DNA of 64,000 nt, taken from an uncultured Gammaproteobacteria bacterium. Its GTDB lineage: Bacteria > Patescibacteriota > Patescibacteriia > Patescibacteriales > GWE2-39-37. Within the stretch, counting starts at the first letter, position 1. Each line of letters opens with the position of its first letter. The DNA lies in the NCBI GenBank assembly GCA_964443495.1, contig CAYUCS010000001.1, forward strand, positions 75,542 to 139,541, given 5' to 3'. Below, piece after piece: positions 59,838 through 64,000 of the stretch. The notes under the pieces are model-generated. The model searched no databases and was not told the DNA's origin. It saw only the letters and a program-made list of their open reading frames with translations. A program made the position numbers and the translations under genes.

Positions 59838-60515
59838 ATGGAAAATAAGCTAGCCGCCGGAAAAATAAACAAGTCAACACAGCATTATCTGGACATCGCG
59901 GAAATCCGCGATGATACGGTGATAATGAAAGACAGCACCATGCGTTCGGTGCTGTTGGTTTCGAGCATTAATTTCTCACTCAAGAGCGAGGACGAGCAGA
60001 ATGCCGTCATCTCGTCTTATGTCAGCTTCCTGAATAATATCGATTTTCCAGTCCAGATCGTAATCCAGTCGCGCGAACTCGATATCGAGAAATACCTGAA
60101 CAGCCTGAAACAGAAAGAAAAAGGGCAGACTAATGAACTTTTGAAAATCCAGATCAATGACTACATACAGTATATCGGCGAATTGATCTCGATCGGCAAG
60201 ATTATGAGCAAGCGTTTTTACGTGGTCGTCTCCTTCAATCCGATGTCCGATAAGCAGAAAGGTTTCTTCAGCTCGATGAAAGAAGCGTTCAAGCCGGTCA
60301 ACCTGGTCAAGATGAAGAGAGAGACTTTCTTGCGCCGCCGCCACGAGCTTACTCGCCGAGTCGATAACGTCATGAGCGGCTTGGCCTCGATCGGCCTGAA
60401 ATCAGTGGAATTAGACACGCAAAGCTTGATCGAGCTTTATTACAATACATACAATCCGGTCGTTTCCGCACATGAAAAGCTGGTTGATATTAAAAAATTG
60501 CGCGTAACCGAATAA
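59838..60515 (+). CDS. VirB4/TrbE-like N-terminal domain protein (separate ORF)
   Basis: ATG at 59838 (MENKLAAGKINKSTQHYLDIAEIRDDTVIMKDSTMRSVLLVSSINF...). Precedes the ATPase ORF and is in a different frame. Confidence 0.5.
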   Translation: MENKLAAGKINKSTQHYLDIAEIRDDTVIMKDSTMRSVLLVSSINFSLKSEDEQNAVISSYVSFLNNIDFPVQIVIQSRELDIEKYLNSLKQKEKGQTNELLKIQINDYIQYIGELISIGKIMSKRFYVVVSFNPMSDKQKGFFSSMKEAFKPVNLVKMKRETFLRRRHELTRRVDNVMSGLASIGLKSVELDTQSLIELYYNTYNPVVSAHEKLVDIKKLRVTE

Positions 60516-60517
60516 AC

Positions 60518-62437
60518 ATGTTCAATTTAAACGATGTAAAAAACCAAAATACCCAGACAACAGGCCAGGCAGCAGCGCAAAAGCCGGTCATGCCGGTCGT
60601 GGACCCCAAGGAAACCAAGGAGGCTCGCGACATTATCGAGCAGGAAAAGGCCTTCCGACGCGGCGTCGTTTCGATCCGTGACCTTATCGCCCCGGCCAGT
60701 TTCCAGATCAATTCAGATTACTTGCGCTTGGGCGAGAAATTCGTCCGTACCTTGTTCGTCATCAATTATCCGCGTTATATCAGTGTGGGCTGGTTCTCGC
60801 CGATTATCAACCTGAATTCGACTTTCGATATCGCCATGTTTTTCTACCCGGTAGCTGCCGGAGTGGTCTTGAAGCAGCTGAAGAACAAGGTGGGCGCCTT
60901 GGAGGCTCAGATCATCGCCGACGCGGAAAAGGGAGCTGCTCGCGATCCGTTGCGCGAGACGGCTTTGAGAGATATTGAGGCCTTGCGCGACGCCTTGACT
61001 CAGGGAACCGAGAAATTCTTCCAGTTCGCTTTGTATGTTTCACTGTATGCCGATTCCAAAGAAGAGCTGGACAACCTTTCCGATGAGATCGAGAATATTT
61101 TCGGATCGCGCCTAGTCTATTCCCGCCGAGTCTTCTTCCAAGCGGAACAAGGCTTTAATTCGACTATGCCGCTGGGTAACGATGAGCTGTTCATCTGCTT
61201 CAATATGAACTCTTCTCCGGTCGCTTCATCATTTCCGTTCATGTCTTCGGAATTAACGACAGACAACGGCGTGCTGTACGGCATTAACAGGCACAATAAC
61301 AGCTTGATCCTATTTGACCGCTTCAGCTTGCAGAACGCCAATTCAGTGGTGTTTGCCACCTCCGGTTCTGGAAAATCCTATACCGTCAAATTAGAAATTT
61401 TACGCAGCTTAATGATCGGTACGGAGGTTATCATTATCGATCCGGAATACGAGTACAAGCATTTGTCCGACGCGGTCGGAGGCACATACATCAACATCTC
61501 GTTGTCGAGCGAAAATAAAATCAATCCGTTCGATTTGCCGCGCTCGATCGGCGGCGATGCAAGGGCTGAGGACATCATCCGCAGCGCTGTCATTACGGTC
61601 AAGGGCCTTTTGAAGATCATGCTCGGCCAGTTGACCAACGAAGAGGATTCGATCATTGATCGCGCCCTTTTGGAAACCTATGCCAAGAAAGACATTACGC
61701 CAGACGCCGACCTGTCAAAGGTCGAAGCGCCGATCCTCCAGGATTTCCAGGACATTCTCGAGGGCATGGAAGGTTCAGCCGACCTTGTGGTCCGCTTGAA
61801 GAAATATACCGAAGGCACGTTCGCCGGGCTGTTGAACAATCCGACCAACGTCAAGATGGATAACCAGCTGATTTGCTTTTCCGTCCGCGATTTGGAGGAT
61901 GAGTTGCGCCCGATGTCCATCTATACCATCATCAATTATATCTGGAATATCGTCCGTTCAGAAACCAAGCGACGCATCCTGGTGATCGATGAAGCCTGGT
62001 GGATGATGCAGCATGAAGATTCGGCGAAGTTCATTTTTGCCTTGGTCAAGCGCTGCCGCAAGTACTACCTTGGCGTCACGACGATCACCCAGGATGTCAA
62101 CGACTTTTTGCGTTCGCCATACGGCCAGGCCATCGTGACCAACTCTTCATTGCAATTGCTCCTGAAGCAGTCGCCCGCCTCGATCGAGATGATCCAAAAG
62201 ACCTTTAGCCTGACGGAAGGCGAGAAGTACCTGCTGATGGAGTGCGGCGTGGGCGAGGGCATCTTCTTTGCCGGGCCTAGGCACGCGGCCATAAAAGTGG
62301 TAGCTTCATACACCGAGGACCAGCTGATTACCACCGACCCGAAGCAGCTTTTGGAAATAGAGGAGGCGAAGCGTGAATTCGCAGCTAGCGTCGATACGGC
62401 GCAGGGATCTGCCCAGGACATGAATATCGACTTATAA
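60518..62437 (+). CDS. VirB4/TrbE/CagE-like type IV secretion ATPase (C-terminal ATPase portion)
   Basis: Walker A VVFATSGSGKSYT, Walker B-like ILVIDEAWWMM, overall VirB4 architecture. Confidence 0.8.
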   Translation: MFNLNDVKNQNTQTTGQAAAQKPVMPVVDPKETKEARDIIEQEKAFRRGVVSIRDLIAPASFQINSDYLRLGEKFVRTLFVINYPRYISVGWFSPIINLNSTFDIAMFFYPVAAGVVLKQLKNKVGALEAQIIADAEKGAARDPLRETALRDIEALRDALTQGTEKFFQFALYVSLYADSKEELDNLSDEIENIFGSRLVYSRRVFFQAEQGFNSTMPLGNDELFICFNMNSSPVASSFPFMSSELTTDNGVLYGINRHNNSLILFDRFSLQNANSVVFATSGSGKSYTVKLEILRSLMIGTEVIIIDPEYEYKHLSDAVGGTYINISLSSENKINPFDLPRSIGGDARAEDIIRSAVITVKGLLKIMLGQLTNEEDSIIDRALLETYAKKDITPDADLSKVEAPILQDFQDILEGMEGSADLVVRLKKYTEGTFAGLLNNPTNVKMDNQLICFSVRDLEDELRPMSIYTIINYIWNIVRSETKRRILVIDEAWWMMQHEDSAKFIFALVKRCRKYYLGVTTITQDVNDFLRSPYGQAIVTNSSLQLLLKQSPASIEMIQKTFSLTEGEKYLLMECGVGEGIFFAGPRHAAIKVVASYTEDQLITTDPKQLLEIEEAKREFAASVDTAQGSAQDMNIDL

Positions 62438-62464
62438 TAATCGCGCTTTGGCGCAATCAAACAT

Positions 62465-63055
62465 ATGGATCGTCGTTTTGTAGGATTTTTTTTCATCGGT
62501 TTAGGAGTTATCATTCTGATTTTGATAATCTATTTCCTGTTTTTCTTCAAATTCAATAAGCCGCAAGACGTACCGAAGCAGCAGGGGGCGACTTCTACCC
62601 CGGCGGTCAAGACCGTTGTCGAGCCGCCGAAAATCCTTGAGGTCAAGCCGGTGACCAAGGAAGAGCTCGACCAGGAGGGGGTCAAGAGGTTGGCGGCCAG
62701 CTTTGCCGAACGGTTCGGCAGCTATTCCAGCCATTCGAATTTCCAGAACATGGAAGATTTGAAGCTGTTCATGACCGACAAGATGAAAACTTGGTCCGAA
62801 GACTTCGTCAAGACCCAAGCTTTGAAACAAGCGGGCAACACAGAGTATTATGGCATTACGACCAAGGCAGTCACCAAGAAAATGGTTGATTTCGACGAGT
62901 CGAAGGGTACCGCCAAGGTTTTGATCCAGACACAGCGTCGCGAAACCGTCGGTTCGGCTGGCAATCCTGTCAGTTTCGGCCAGTCGATCGAAGTCAGCCT
63001 GCTAAAACAAGGGGGCACATGGAAGGTCGACCAGGCCTATTGGAAGGACAGATAG
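62465..63055 (+). CDS. Membrane-anchored protein (VirB8-like size and topology; speculative)
   Basis: N-terminal TM (FFFIGLGVIILILIIYFLFFF) followed by a ~150-aa soluble domain. Confidence 0.4.
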   Translation: MDRRFVGFFFIGLGVIILILIIYFLFFFKFNKPQDVPKQQGATSTPAVKTVVEPPKILEVKPVTKEELDQEGVKRLAASFAERFGSYSSHSNFQNMEDLKLFMTDKMKTWSEDFVKTQALKQAGNTEYYGITTKAVTKKMVDFDESKGTAKVLIQTQRRETVGSAGNPVSFGQSIEVSLLKQGGTWKVDQAYWKDR

Positions 63056-63056
63056 G

Positions 63057-63779
63057 ATGGGCCACCTTAAGCTGGTAAAAAACAAGATTTCAGCCATTGG
63101 ATCTTGTTTTTTTGACGCTATTTTCCCGAAACGCTGTGTCGCTTGCGGCGCCCAAGGCGAGTGGCTGTGCCGTGCTTGCTCCGAGCTGCAGCTGTTCCGT
63201 CCAGAACAGGATTGCCTGGTTTGCGGCCGCCCCAACGTTGACGGCAGCAAGTGTGCCCAGTGCGTTCAGTTCGCCCATACCAGGCAAGTTTTGTGCGCCT
63301 TCAGTTACCGGCAGGATGCGCTGGTGAAATTGGTAAAAATGTTCAAATATGACTTTGTGAAGTCGGTCGGACCGACATTGGAAGAATTGATGACGGATTT
63401 CGTATTCGAGCAAGGCGGGTTAGTTCGCGACGCCTTGGTCTTGCCGGTGCCTTTGCACCCCAAACGTTTGCGTTGGCGCGGCTACAATCAGTCGGCAGTG
63501 TTGGCCGAAGCTTTGGCTAGGCGCTTCGGCTGGCGCTATGATGCCGGAATTTTGGAACGGCACAAGATGACCAAGCCTCAGGCCAAGCTGGAAACGGAGG
63601 CTCGTTGCCTTAATGTCGACGGCTGTTTTTCGGTCAAGCCAGGAACTGGTCTTGCAGGCAAGAGAGTTATCTTGGTTGATGACGTGGTTACGACCGGGGC
63701 AACTATCGAGGCCTGCGCTTCGGCCTTGAAGCGAGCCGGTGCCAGGTCGGTCGATGTCGTGGCGCTCATAAGAGGTTAG
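63057..63779 (+). CDS. comF: ComF-family protein (ComFC-like phosphoribosyltransferase with an N-terminal Zn ribbon)
   Basis: CVACGAQGEWLCRAC...CLVCGRP...CAQC, and a VILVDDVVTTGATIEAC PRTase motif. Confidence 0.8.
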   Translation: MGHLKLVKNKISAIGSCFFDAIFPKRCVACGAQGEWLCRACSELQLFRPEQDCLVCGRPNVDGSKCAQCVQFAHTRQVLCAFSYRQDALVKLVKMFKYDFVKSVGPTLEELMTDFVFEQGGLVRDALVLPVPLHPKRLRWRGYNQSAVLAEALARRFGWRYDAGILERHKMTKPQAKLETEARCLNVDGCFSVKPGTGLAGKRVILVDDVVTTGATIEACASALKRAGARSVDVVALIRG

Positions 63780-63886
63780 TCGGCGCTCAAAAGGAGGGTT
63801 TACAAAAGCAGTGCTTTATATTAGAATGTGTATATCGCTCAATAACCAAGTATTTTGGTTATTTTTGTGTAAAAATAGCAAAAAAT

Positions 63887-63976
63887 GGAGAGATGCCTGA
63901 GTGGTTGAAAGGAGCATCCTGCTAAGATGTTGAGCCTTCACGGGCTCCGAGGGTTCGAATCCCTCTCTCTCCGCCA
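63887..63976 (+). tRNA. tRNA-Ser (anticodon GCU), long variable arm, encoded CCA
   Basis: GGAGAGA acceptor stem closing with TCTCTCC-G-CCA. Anticodon loop CTGCTAA. T-arm GAGGGTTCGAATCCCTC. 90 nt. Confidence 0.85.
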
Positions 63977-64000
63977 ATACAATTTAGTATCGTGCAGACT

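Overview
This window reads like a compact, gene-dense bacterial chromosome segment of about 52% GC with many 4-nt start/stop overlaps. Most of it is housekeeping genes. These include gyrA, a 4-domain S1, uvrB, a ClpX-like AAA+ gene, type-2 (HYGH) ileS, an mnmA-like gene, LemA+DUF2207, htpX, an M18 aminopeptidase, a U32 peptidase, ruvA, a FemAB-family gene, a MurE-like ligase, rpoB-rpoC, HIGH-type leuS, rsmA/ksgA, and a tRNA-Ser(GCU) at the 3' end. By inference, the gene set points to a small-genome Patescibacteria/CPR-like organism: FemAB, a short S1, eukaryote-type IleS, giant Cys-rich surface proteins, a T4SS-like ComF cluster and weak or absent SD sites. Two accessory systems stand out. The first is a minus-strand operon at 36.4-39.4 kb: a DsbA-like thioredoxin-fold protein with a CPNS motif, two paralogous TrbC/VirB2-like pilin-type proteins (one carrying a Cys-rich domain, one an NlpC/P60 domain), and a DUF4258/DUF2283 toxin-antitoxin-like pair. 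The second is an 18.5-kb plus-strand unit at 45.3-63.8 kb. It starts with a 2756-aa cysteine-rich secreted giant protein with CBM-like modules. Ten translationally coupled genes follow directly: membrane proteins, a VirB6/TrbL-like polytopic protein, two paralogous hypotheticals, a PrgI/VirB3-like gene, a VirB4-like ATPase split across two frames, a VirB8-like-sized membrane-anchored protein, and ComF. No relaxase or coupling protein is present, which suggests a DNA-uptake or surface-appendage type IV-like machine (inference). Other observations include TGAAAAT heptamer arrays at two loci, a duplicated 14-mer with inverted copies upstream of ruvA, two promoters of the form TTGACA-N17-TAAGAT, several clean rho-independent terminators, AT-rich patches inside ileS, and a 520-bp non-coding leader before rpoB.
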